Shown here one piece after another: positions 1 to 7,761 of a stretch of 64,000 nucleotides of DNA. Source of the stretch: Pseudomonadota bacterium. Its GTDB lineage: Bacteria; Bdellovibrionota_C; UBA2361; OMII01. Under the pieces are notes generated by a model. The model did no database searches. It saw nothing but the letters and a program-made list of their open reading frames with translations, and had not been told where the DNA came from. The first letter of the stretch is position 1. Each line of letters begins with the position of its first letter. The stretch is from the NCBI GenBank assembly GCA_038134595.1, contig JAYPVM010000012.1, positions 1-64,000 of the forward strand, written 5' to 3'. The translations under genes and the position numbers were made by a program.

Positions 1-12
1 GAGGATTGTAGG

Positions 13-266
13 TTACAGAAACTCGTAAATGTTCGTTTCCAGCTGAGGCGCTACAGCATGAGGACACCCCCTCACCTCCATAACTACCGTAATTTCAACG
101 TATCCAGGAATCTTTGCATACGTTCTATTGTGCACAACCTCAAGCACATTTGCTCCCTCTGAAGAGATTATTCCCGTCAACGTGTGAAGCATTCCCGGCT
201 TATCGGGGAGTGATACCCGAAGCCTCAAAAGACGTCCACGTTCCGCCATGTCGTGCTCGATAAGAC
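13..266 (-). pseudogene. Truncated ilvA C-terminal fragment with a different tail (…HAVAPQLETNIYEFL)
   Basis: 70 codons encode the same peptide as the ilvA C-terminus at 6461-6671; no catalytic domain; sequence diverges below position 56. Confidence 0.8.
56..266 (-). repeat. Direct repeat copy 1: displaced 3' fragment of ilvA (ACT-domain region); left boundary of the cassette
   Basis: Aligns base for base with 6461-6671 (211 bp). 56-177 is identical. The 9 mismatches (178,181,184,214,217,223,226,241,250) all fall at third codon positions and the encoded peptide LIEHDMAERG...RGCPHA is identical. Confidence 0.97.
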
Positions 267-271
267 CAAGC

Positions 272-1597
272 TCAATCGATAGCTTCAACAAAGTCTGTAA
301 TTATCTCAGATATGAGAGGCAACTCTCTTTCCTCTCTTACCTTCTCATTCAATTGGTCGATTGTCACTCTTCCTAATTTTTTCATCTCCGCAAGACCTGC
401 CGGCTCACTCAATAAATCTTCTATCGTTGTCCTGAGCTCTACAACATTTGTAGGATCTTCAATAATTTTTGCATTGAGATCATTTCTCAAGACACCTCTC
501 AGAACACCTTGATTGACCCCTTCCCGACTAATGAGCAATGCGGTACCTGACGCTAGAAACTCCATGGGCAGACCGGAGGTATGAAAGTCCATACTAAATC
601 CACCTTCTAGATAGACGCCGACATCTACTCTTTTCATTAGGGCTTGGAGCCTCCAAGGGCTAATTGGCGGAATTATCGTAAGTCTCATCCTGACATTACG
701 CAGCTTATTCACCAACGTTAAATATTCTTGGATATCATCTTCCCGGCCAATTAGGGTTTGAATCACATGAAATTTAATGCCCCTCCTAGCAAGCTCCTCT
801 AAGGCCAGAAAGAGCGGTCGGTAGTTTTTTGAGGGTGAGATCTTCCCCGCACAAAGTATCTGTGGACAATTCTCAAGAGCCGTGAAATCCACATGCAGAT
901 TTTCTCTACCTCCAACCGGAGATTCTGCGCCGAGCTCACGATAAAACCGCTCAAAGCTTAGCGCCTCAAGGCCTGTTCGAGCATCCTCCTCGACTCGCTT
1001 TATCAACGCAGAAATATCCGCAAACCCGCTACAAACTGAAAGCTGAGTCTCCGGAACTCCTAATCGTTTCAAATGTTCTTTCACCTGCGGTTTCGGGCTA
1101 TGAATCACAACGGCAGCATCTCTAAGAATATGTCGATAAACTGAATTGAGATCTGGATGCTCCGCTAGATAGGCTAAATCACTCCCCGCATGCATAAGGA
1201 TATATGGTCGACTTGTATATTGTGCCGCAAATGCAGCCGCCACTCCGTATGGTTGAAGATACCAACCAACAATCACACGGCACTCAAACTCACGAACGAT
1301 TTCAATAATTCGACCACACATTCGAGTTTCATAACATGGAGAAAAGGGAATATGACTCTTTTCATCGAGTCTGCTCAGATTATGCACAAAAACACCCTCT
1401 GTCTTGAGTCGAGAAAAATAATCCTCGTCGTTGGGATGCCACCGTTGTTTGAAAAAACATTCAGTTTCTCCGGCATTGGTAACAATATGTACCTCGTAGC
1501 CACCCTGCGCTAGCCGCCTTGCTGTTTCGAGAGTCAAACGACTAACTCCGCCTTGTAGCGGCGGAACTTTTCCCACTATACAAATCCGCTCCTTCAT
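272..1597 (-). CDS. GT-B glycosyltransferase (GT4-like), putative tailoring enzyme
   Basis: N-terminal 'RICIVGKVPPLQGGVS…LAQGGYEVHIVT', 'HAGSDL', 'GKISPSKN' and C-terminal 'PMEFLASG' are typical GT4 motifs; 4-bp overlap with the GNAT gene. Confidence 0.85.
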   Translation of the reverse strand: MKERICIVGKVPPLQGGVSRLTLETARRLAQGGYEVHIVTNAGETECFFKQRWHPNDEDYFSRLKTEGVFVHNLSRLDEKSHIPFSPCYETRMCGRIIEIVREFECRVIVGWYLQPYGVAAAFAAQYTSRPYILMHAGSDLAYLAEHPDLNSVYRHILRDAAVVIHSPKPQVKEHLKRLGVPETQLSVCSGFADISALIKRVEEDARTGLEALSFERFYRELGAESPVGGRENLHVDFTALENCPQILCAGKISPSKNYRPLFLALEELARRGIKFHVIQTLIGREDDIQEYLTLVNKLRNVRMRLTIIPPISPWRLQALMKRVDVGVYLEGGFSMDFHTSGLPMEFLASGTALLISREGVNQGVLRGVLRNDLNAKIIEDPTNVVELRTTIEDLLSEPAGLAEMKKLGRVTIDQLNEKVREERELPLISEIITDFVEAID

Positions 1598-2172
1598 ACC
1601 GAAGGTTCCATCGTGGCAGGTAGAATTCGTAATACGGGAAACATCTCAAAATAATCTAAAAATAATTGGGGAGGTCCAATTTGGAGATGCCCCCGTGACT
1701 TCCAAAACGCCAATCCGGCCCTTGTAGCAAGACCAGTGTAAGCTCTCAAGCCTGCATCGAACGCTACGGTATCCAAAGTAGAGGCAATCGTTCTTCCTAC
1801 TCCACGTCCTTGATACTCTGGTGCGACATAGTTCTGTAGACCTTTTCCAGCGACAAGATCAAATACTCCTAACCCTATTGGGATACTAGATCCGAGTTCA
1901 CAAACAACAAACGAGCTAAATCGACTATCAGTTGCGCCGCGAATCAAACCTTCTTCGGTAATTAACCCCAGCCATTCTCGTACTTTCTGCGGATTAGGCT
2001 CATAGTATCGGCAAGCTAGCTCTGTGATACAGGCATGCAACATGTCTTTTAGCACTAAAGCATCAGTCTCTACAGTCGGACGCACAAGGGTATCCAGTCG
2101 CTTTTCGCGGTGCAACTCTTGCGTCGGCCTCACCTGCTCACCCGAGCCACAATTTGGGCCACTCAACATCAT
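1594..2172 (-). CDS. GNAT family N-acetyltransferase
   Basis: Acetyl-CoA binding motif A 'YVAPEYQGRGVGRTI' and 'AFWKSRG'; overlaps both neighbours by 4 bp. Confidence 0.85.
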   Translation of the reverse strand: MMLSGPNCGSGEQVRPTQELHREKRLDTLVRPTVETDALVLKDMLHACITELACRYYEPNPQKVREWLGLITEEGLIRGATDSRFSSFVVCELGSSIPIGLGVFDLVAGKGLQNYVAPEYQGRGVGRTIASTLDTVAFDAGLRAYTGLATRAGLAFWKSRGHLQIGPPQLFLDYFEMFPVLRILPATMEPSV

Positions 2173-2654
2173 TTGGATGCCCCTTGCTTACTTTCCGCGA
2201 CACGGCCAGAAAACCACCGGTGACAGACCTTGGCCCCTAGCTTGTCATACACATAGCCGATAAATATCTCCAGCTCAGCCCGCCTCTTAGTTTGAAAGGC
2301 TTGCAAATTACATTCCCTTTCTTGCTGCAACTTAAGCCGATCGGCAATCCGAGTAGGTTCGTGGTGGATAAAATGGCCGAAATAAGTATGGCAAAAGTTG
2401 GCATAGTCTGTCGTATAAAGAAGAAACTCATGCCATATATTGTCTATGTCCTCCATAGGCGAAAGAATTACAAGTGGTGGAGCATCGCTTGTTCGCGTTC
2501 CAACCAAATACAACCAAAGCTTTAGCTCTCTGAATATTTCTTCACATTCGTCATCCGTGAGGAGGTATTTATCCCCGAACCGATTCAAGAGATCAGGGTG
2601 TTTATACCCTAAAACCGATTGCAAAAGTTGCTCACTATTATTTGTCTTGCTCAT
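2169..2654 (-). CDS. Glycine-rich-domain-containing-protein-like (GRDP/DUF1399-type) domain protein
   Basis: 'DIDNIWHEFLLYTTDYANFCHTYFGHFIHHEP' matches the D-x-x-W-H…Y..FC…HH-x-P signature I recognise for this family. Confidence 0.75.
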   Translation of the reverse strand: MSKTNNSEQLLQSVLGYKHPDLLNRFGDKYLLTDDECEEIFRELKLWLYLVGTRTSDAPPLVILSPMEDIDNIWHEFLLYTTDYANFCHTYFGHFIHHEPTRIADRLKLQQERECNLQAFQTKRRAELEIFIGYVYDKLGAKVCHRWFSGRVAESKQGASK

Positions 2655-2677
2655 TTCGAACTCGCCGTATTTTCAGA

Positions 2678-2708
2678 AACGGGCGACACCTACTAGGGGC
2701 CGCCCGTT
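2678..2708 (-). terminator. Stem-loop right after the putative precursor gene (leaky terminator or mRNA stabiliser)
   Basis: AACGGGCG (2678-2685) is complementary to CGCCCGTT (2701-2708), extended by an imperfect inner stem; only a short U-tract on the minus strand. Confidence 0.7.
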
Positions 2709-2715
2709 GTGGATA

Positions 2716-2913
2716 CTAGGTGGCTCCACGACATTTTCCACCGCAGGCACTTACATTGCACTGTGCCTCTCCCACTAAATTAGAATCTACTAAACGCTTG
2801 ATGAGCTGAGCTCGTTCCTCAAATGACGCTTGCTGAACCGCATCAATAACCGTCGTTGTTGACATCGATTGCGGCTGACTCATTTCAGCCTGATGTTGGT
2901 TTTTAATTGCCAT
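2716..2913 (-). CDS. Putative RiPP precursor peptide (65 aa; Cys-rich C-terminal core)
   Basis: GGGAGA RBS upstream of ATG; Cys-free, helical-looking N-terminal ~50 aa then QCNVSACGGKCRGAT; first gene of the arm carrying tailoring enzymes; followed by a hairpin. Confidence 0.7.
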   Translation of the reverse strand: MAIKNQHQAEMSQPQSMSTTTVIDAVQQASFEERAQLIKRLVDSNLVGEAQCNVSACGGKCRGAT

Positions 2914-3153
2914 GTTTAATCTCCCTAATTGATGAAACGTCTCTCAATACAAATTACACCTTGGCAATTTCCCGCAAATTGCTCCGCTGTAATCTCAGAG
3001 TGGACGATTGCAGATTTGAGTACCACAGCACAAAAGAAGCTATCAACAAAATTCAACCGCCAAGAATCAGAGAAGAATTCAGACCACCTCTCGTTTCTAT
3101 AAAACTGCTTGAAAGATCCACATTGCTTGTTATAAACCAGTAAAGAAAATGAA

Positions 3154-4905
3154 ATGACTCGATTACCGATAACACAATTAACCTGGAATCTTGATGAGAT
3201 CATAAGCTCAGACGACAACACGTTCCACTCATTCGCTGAGGATCTTCAAAATACTTCTACCGAGCTACAGGCATTTCAGAAGAAGCTCTCAAATCAACAT
3301 ATTTCCTCCGACCTAACACTCCTCACAATAATCAAAAACGCAGAGGCGCTTCTCAACAAAGCGTATACTCTTCAATTGAGCATTCAAATCGTTGCAACCG
3401 CTCGGAATGAGCATTCTGATCTCCTCCCACTACTTCAGCAACAAGCAACAGCAGTCTACAACGCATGTCTTTCGGCAGTAGGGGAACAGCTACGATGTAT
3501 TAGTCCATTAATTCTTGAATCTCGTAATTCCGAACTTTCGCCATATCGAGTATTCCTGGGATTTGTTCAGCCCAATACTCCTCAACCGATTCAACTAGAT
3601 TCTGATGAACCTTCCTCGGATGGTAAACACTCAGATTACTCAGCGCTAATCGAATACTATCAGCTAAGGCGCTCGATGCATTTGGAGGTCGCTAGTGTTG
3701 ATCCAAACCCGTTGAGCATAACGGACACATTTCTCGTATTAAGAACCGATTGTCAGGAAAACCAGCAAGCGGCGTTTGCGGCATATTCAAACTGGATGCA
3801 AGAAAACCAAGGTGTGTTCAGCTCGCTATATTCGAGACGAGTGCTGTCGACTAAACTAGAGAGAGAACAGTTACGTCATCAACCGTGGCGGTCCTACTCT
3901 GCTCGAGAAAGTATCATACCTGAAATTCATTCAGAGTTTGTTCTCGATTCAAACGCCATAGGCCTATTTCACAGGTTCGAAAGAGCGAGACTCGGGCTAT
4001 CAGAGAATGAAGAAGCACCGTTTTTCCGAAAGTTTACCATCACAGGGTCATGCGATAACGAATCGAATGAAACAGACAGCTATCAGCTTCTTCTTGCCGG
4101 TTTTGGCTCGCTGAGTTCAGAAGTGGAAACATTTGTTGGTAATATGTTCGCCAAGGGCAGAATCTTCACGAACTCGATACACTCTCCTAATCGTGGAATT
4201 AACTGCGTGGGTGTTCCAAACATAGGTCCCTTCATATCGGCTCCAATGCGGTCTGGTGACGGAGCCTTACTGACTCGCTTGGCCCATGAATTGGGTCATG
4301 CGTACCAGAAAAGCCTCGCCGGCAATTGCTCTTATTTTTGTCATGGAATAGAGCGACTACTCTCAGAGTCTATCGCAACGTTTTTTGAAATTTGGATTCT
4401 TGATTTTATCCTTAAGAGGCAAGAACCCCATTATCTATCGACCAATCAACGTATCGCATTTCTGACATCTCTTTTCGAGGATCTGTTCGAGCGCACCGCC
4501 ATGGCAATGTATGAAAACACCTGTGCCAAGATGACCGAAAGTGATCTCGCCAACCCTCAAATCCTCTCTGAAATATGGCGTAAGACTCACCAACCACTTC
4601 TACATGGGCTATATTCGCTGCCCTCTGAATTTGATCATTGGTGGATAGACAATTCGATGATGTTTCGATACCCCCTTGCACAAAGCTACTACCCAGCTGC
4701 TACTTTACTTGCCCTCGCTCTATTTTTTAAGGCTCAACAAAATCCAGTCCTTTTTATGAAGAACTTCAATAGGCAAATCGCATTAGGTGGAACAATTCCT
4801 TTTTCATCCTGGGGAGATCCTTTGGAAATAGATATGCATAATCCTCAGAGTACAAAACCGGCCATCCTTTTCTTGCAGGAAGCTATGCACACGATTGAAC
4901 CGTAA
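3154..4905 (+). CDS. M3-family (oligoendopeptidase F-like) zinc metallopeptidase
   Basis: N-terminal 'TWNLDEI'; HExxH motif 'TRLAHELGHAY'; downstream 'SESIATFFE' third ligand; size matches PepF. Confidence 0.85.
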   Translation: MTRLPITQLTWNLDEIISSDDNTFHSFAEDLQNTSTELQAFQKKLSNQHISSDLTLLTIIKNAEALLNKAYTLQLSIQIVATARNEHSDLLPLLQQQATAVYNACLSAVGEQLRCISPLILESRNSELSPYRVFLGFVQPNTPQPIQLDSDEPSSDGKHSDYSALIEYYQLRRSMHLEVASVDPNPLSITDTFLVLRTDCQENQQAAFAAYSNWMQENQGVFSSLYSRRVLSTKLEREQLRHQPWRSYSARESIIPEIHSEFVLDSNAIGLFHRFERARLGLSENEEAPFFRKFTITGSCDNESNETDSYQLLLAGFGSLSSEVETFVGNMFAKGRIFTNSIHSPNRGINCVGVPNIGPFISAPMRSGDGALLTRLAHELGHAYQKSLAGNCSYFCHGIERLLSESIATFFEIWILDFILKRQEPHYLSTNQRIAFLTSLFEDLFERTAMAMYENTCAKMTESDLANPQILSEIWRKTHQPLLHGLYSLPSEFDHWWIDNSMMFRYPLAQSYYPAATLLALALFFKAQQNPVLFMKNFNRQIALGGTIPFSSWGDPLEIDMHNPQSTKPAILFLQEAMHTIEP

Positions 4906-4928
4906 ACAATAATGAGAATAGGAAGCTA

Positions 4929-5642
4929 ATGAATATAAGCGCATCCAACCAGCACATAAGTCAGGAAGACAAACAAAAAATCGGCGCTCTTCGCTGGCCG
5001 ATTCTTGAAGAGCTCGCCTGTGCAGTGCGCCACGAATTAGGCAGAAATGGCTGTTTTGTCTTACGCACGCCCAGCATATCCTCCCAAGAGTTTAGATCTA
5101 TTGGCGAAATGCTTGGCAGCATTATCAGCGACGGTAAAGTTACAATTTTACCCAGTCCCGTTTCGCTGGCAACAAGCACACATGCTCTTCCCCTTCATAA
5201 CGACGAGCCGTTAGCTCGCTATATCGCGTGGTACTGTGAACGACAACAAACCGAGCAGGCAGTCGCCACCAATCTTCTTGATATATCGGACTTTCGCTCA
5301 AGCCTTGGAGAGCCTAATATCCTCATCTTATCCACAGTAGTAATCCCTGGTGCAGGCAGGCAGTACAAAGACGAAAAGGCAGTCATTTTTGTTGACGAGG
5401 AGCCTAGACTCAATTTCATACCATGGGCACACCATATTTTGGATAGCCCTGATAAAGTACGTGCATTCGATGCCCTGCATCAATATGTTAAAGCTAGGGC
5501 CGCGGAACTGGAAAACATTTCATCCGTGATATTATCTGAAGGAGAAATGCTTTTTATCGATAACAACCGCTTCTTACACGGTAGAGATCCATTAGATGCA
5601 AAAAGCACCCGTTGCTTACGGCGTCTTTGGATAGAAGGTTAA
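4929..5642 (+). CDS. Fe(II)/2-oxoglutarate dioxygenase, TauD/TfdA/CAS-like
   Basis: 'LPLHNDEP' (HxD), 'FIDNNRFLHGR' (distal His) and 'RCLRRLWI'. Confidence 0.88.
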   Translation: MNISASNQHISQEDKQKIGALRWPILEELACAVRHELGRNGCFVLRTPSISSQEFRSIGEMLGSIISDGKVTILPSPVSLATSTHALPLHNDEPLARYIAWYCERQQTEQAVATNLLDISDFRSSLGEPNILILSTVVIPGAGRQYKDEKAVIFVDEEPRLNFIPWAHHILDSPDKVRAFDALHQYVKARAAELENISSVILSEGEMLFIDNNRFLHGRDPLDAKSTRCLRRLWIEG

Positions 5643-5644
5643 GA

Positions 5645-6325
5645 ATGGTCCACTACAGTCCTCGAACAACCCAAAATATGAAACCCGCTCCGAGCTGGGA
5701 ACAACGCCTAACTAGAGTTACATTCGGCGGGCTACAGCTTTCCTTTGACTCCTTACATCTCCAGCAATTACTCCGATTCAGGCAGGAACTAGCGGGAAAG
5801 ACTGTGCTAGTCCCCGGTTTTGCAAATTTTCCCGAAGCGATGTGGTTAGCAACTAATGGAGTCCATGCTACTGGCATCGATCGCAGTTTAGAGGGCTGCG
5901 CTGAATATCATCGTCATTGGGAAGTCAAAAAAAACTCTGCGACGGGTACTTTAGAGATCCTGCAAGGTGATATTAGAAATCATATCAATACATTTAAACA
6001 TACTAGATTTGACGCTGTCATTTCAGAGCTCTTGATTCACATTTTTCCCAAGAATGAGCAGGATCTGTTATTAAGCGAATTTCGGCGTATCATCAATCCT
6101 GGCGGCCTACTCATACTAACCGCCCTAGCAAAAGGAGATCGTAATTTCCCACATTGCTCAGACTTAGTTGCGACTCAAGCTCTCGTTAGCAAATTTGAAC
6201 AGGAAGGGTGGCAAATTGAAGAAGCCTCTGAATATGAGCAAGGTGGTTCGCACAGCCATGTGAATGGAGACCGACACGACTTTCCACATCGAATTGTATT
6301 TTTTTGTGCAAGAAATAGTACCTAA
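5645..6325 (+). CDS. Class I SAM-dependent methyltransferase (TehB/TPMT-like)
   Basis: 'VLVPGFAN…WLATNGVHATGIDRS', 'QGDI', 'FDAVIS', 'INPGGLLIL'; motif I is degenerate. Start set at ATG 5645 (track ORF begins 5612). Confidence 0.8.
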   Translation: MVHYSPRTTQNMKPAPSWEQRLTRVTFGGLQLSFDSLHLQQLLRFRQELAGKTVLVPGFANFPEAMWLATNGVHATGIDRSLEGCAEYHRHWEVKKNSATGTLEILQGDIRNHINTFKHTRFDAVISELLIHIFPKNEQDLLLSEFRRIINPGGLLILTALAKGDRNFPHCSDLVATQALVSKFEQEGWQIEEASEYEQGGSHSHVNGDRHDFPHRIVFFCARNST

Positions 6326-6405
6326 CTCGGCTCTATCCCCCCCCTCTCATCGCCCCTCCTAGGTGTAAAATAAACTCAATATCACACAATTACAAATCAG
6401 CTCCT

Positions 6406-7611
6406 TCAAAACGTCTCCACCGACACCCCATACGCTTCAAGCCGTCCGACTACCGAATCTGCATGAGGACACCCCCTCACCTCCATAACTACCGTAATTT
6501 CAACGTATCCAGGAATCTTTGCATACGTTCTATTGTGCACAACCTCAAGCACATTTGCTCCCTCTGAAGAGATTATTCCCGTTAAGGTATGAAGCATTCC
6601 CGGCTTATCGGGGAGTGACACGCGAAGTCTTAAAAGACGTCCACGCTCCGCCATATCGTGCTCGATAAGACGAGAGAGCACATTAGAATCGATATTGCTT
6701 CCACAACAAAACACAACAGTCTTTTTAAATCGTTCGGGCAATGCACCTTGAAGAAGTGCCGCAATACCGGCAGCCCCTGCCCCCTCTAGTACGACATGTT
6801 CATGCTCAAGGACAGTTACTATGGCTCGCGCGATAGTCTCTTCAGAAACAGATACAAGCTCATTTACATGAGCATCTAATATAGGCGCTGTCACGCTCCC
6901 GATAGTTTTGACAGCGATCCCATCTGCTAAAGAAACTGGCGCTATCCTACCTTCATAGCTTTGTGGCTCGTGTTGCCTCATCGAGACAGCCCACTCAGAG
7001 CACACGCCCATGATATACACATCAGGTCTAGCCGACTTGATAGCCGTAGCGACACCTGCAGCATATCCTCCACCTCCAACAGGAATAATTACAGAATCAA
7101 AATCAGAGCTTTGATCTAATACTTCGAGGCCAGCTACACCCTGTCCGGTTACGATCCGCTCATCATTAAAAGGCGGTATAAATGTATATCCCTTCTCTTT
7201 AGAGAGCTTTTCAGCGTGTTGCAAACACTCATGCAGTGTTCCAATCTGTTTTATCTCTGCGCCAAATCTTCTACACCGCTCGACCTTTACAAGAGGAGCG
7301 GCCTCCGGCATGAAAAGCAAACACGGGATACCAAGGCGCTGTGCATGAAAGCTTACTGCCAACGCATGATTACCCGCACTAGCGGCACACACCCCACGTT
7401 GACGCTCCTCATCACTAAGACCTAAAAGAAAATAAAGCGCTCCTCGCTCCTTAAACGATCCAGTGCGAAGCTTATTATCCCACTTACACAGAATCGTTCT
7501 GCAAAACTGCTCCGACAAGCCGTGTGCTTTCGTAAGAGGAGTAATCGGGACGTGTTGCGCTAAAATAGCACGAGCCGCTTTGATAGCATCAACCGAAACT
7601 GAACCCTTCAT
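6406..7611 (-). CDS. ilvA: Threonine ammonia-lyase (short form with C-terminal ACT domain)
   Basis: PLP lysine motif 'TGSFKERGA', 'ASAGNHA', 'VGGGG', 'GSNID', and ACT domain 'LPDKPGML'. Confidence 0.95.
   Translation of the reverse strand: MKGSVSVDAIKAARAILAQHVPITPLTKAHGLSEQFCRTILCKWDNKLRTGSFKERGALYFLLGLSDEERQRGVCAASAGNHALAVSFHAQRLGIPCLLFMPEAAPLVKVERCRRFGAEIKQIGTLHECLQHAEKLSKEKGYTFIPPFNDERIVTGQGVAGLEVLDQSSDFDSVIIPVGGGGYAAGVATAIKSARPDVYIMGVCSEWAVSMRQHEPQSYEGRIAPVSLADGIAVKTIGSVTAPILDAHVNELVSVSEETIARAIVTVLEHEHVVLEGAGAAGIAALLQGALPERFKKTVVFCCGSNIDSNVLSRLIEHDMAERGRLLRLRVSLPDKPGMLHTLTGIISSEGANVLEVVHNRTYAKIPGYVEITVVMEVRGCPHADSVVGRLEAYGVSVETF
6461..6671 (-). repeat. Direct repeat copy 2, inside the intact ilvA; right boundary of the cassette
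   Basis: Matches 56-266 at 202/211 nt. Confidence 0.97.
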
Positions 7612-7761
7612 ACCTCTATCGTACTACGAAAGCCTTCCACACAGCACGAGAAGTCGGAACAAAGGCTTGTTGATTCTTTAGATGCCTAATTTAGCTAGTA
7701 TTTTTTGAAAGCCTGCTGTGCGAACCAAGCTCTAGTGGGCTGAGAGTACATTGAAGTACGC

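Noticed and set aside
13..291. 92-aa ORF as a stand-alone ACT-domain gene
   Set aside because: Its first codons are the GT4 end and junction sequence; the rest is the duplicated ilvA fragment.
2716..2913. Radical-SAM motif, ranthipeptide or lanthipeptide assignment
   Set aside because: Spacing is Cx4Cx3C, not Cx3Cx2C, and no radical SAM or Lan enzyme is present.
2907..3221. ORFs 2907-3143(+) and 2925-3221(-) as extra precursors
   Set aside because: No convincing RBS or motif, and they overlap real gene starts; more likely the divergent promoter region.
56..6671. Repeat pair as a diversity-generating retroelement TR/VR
   Set aside because: Mismatches are synonymous third-position changes, not adenine-specific, and there is no reverse transcriptase.
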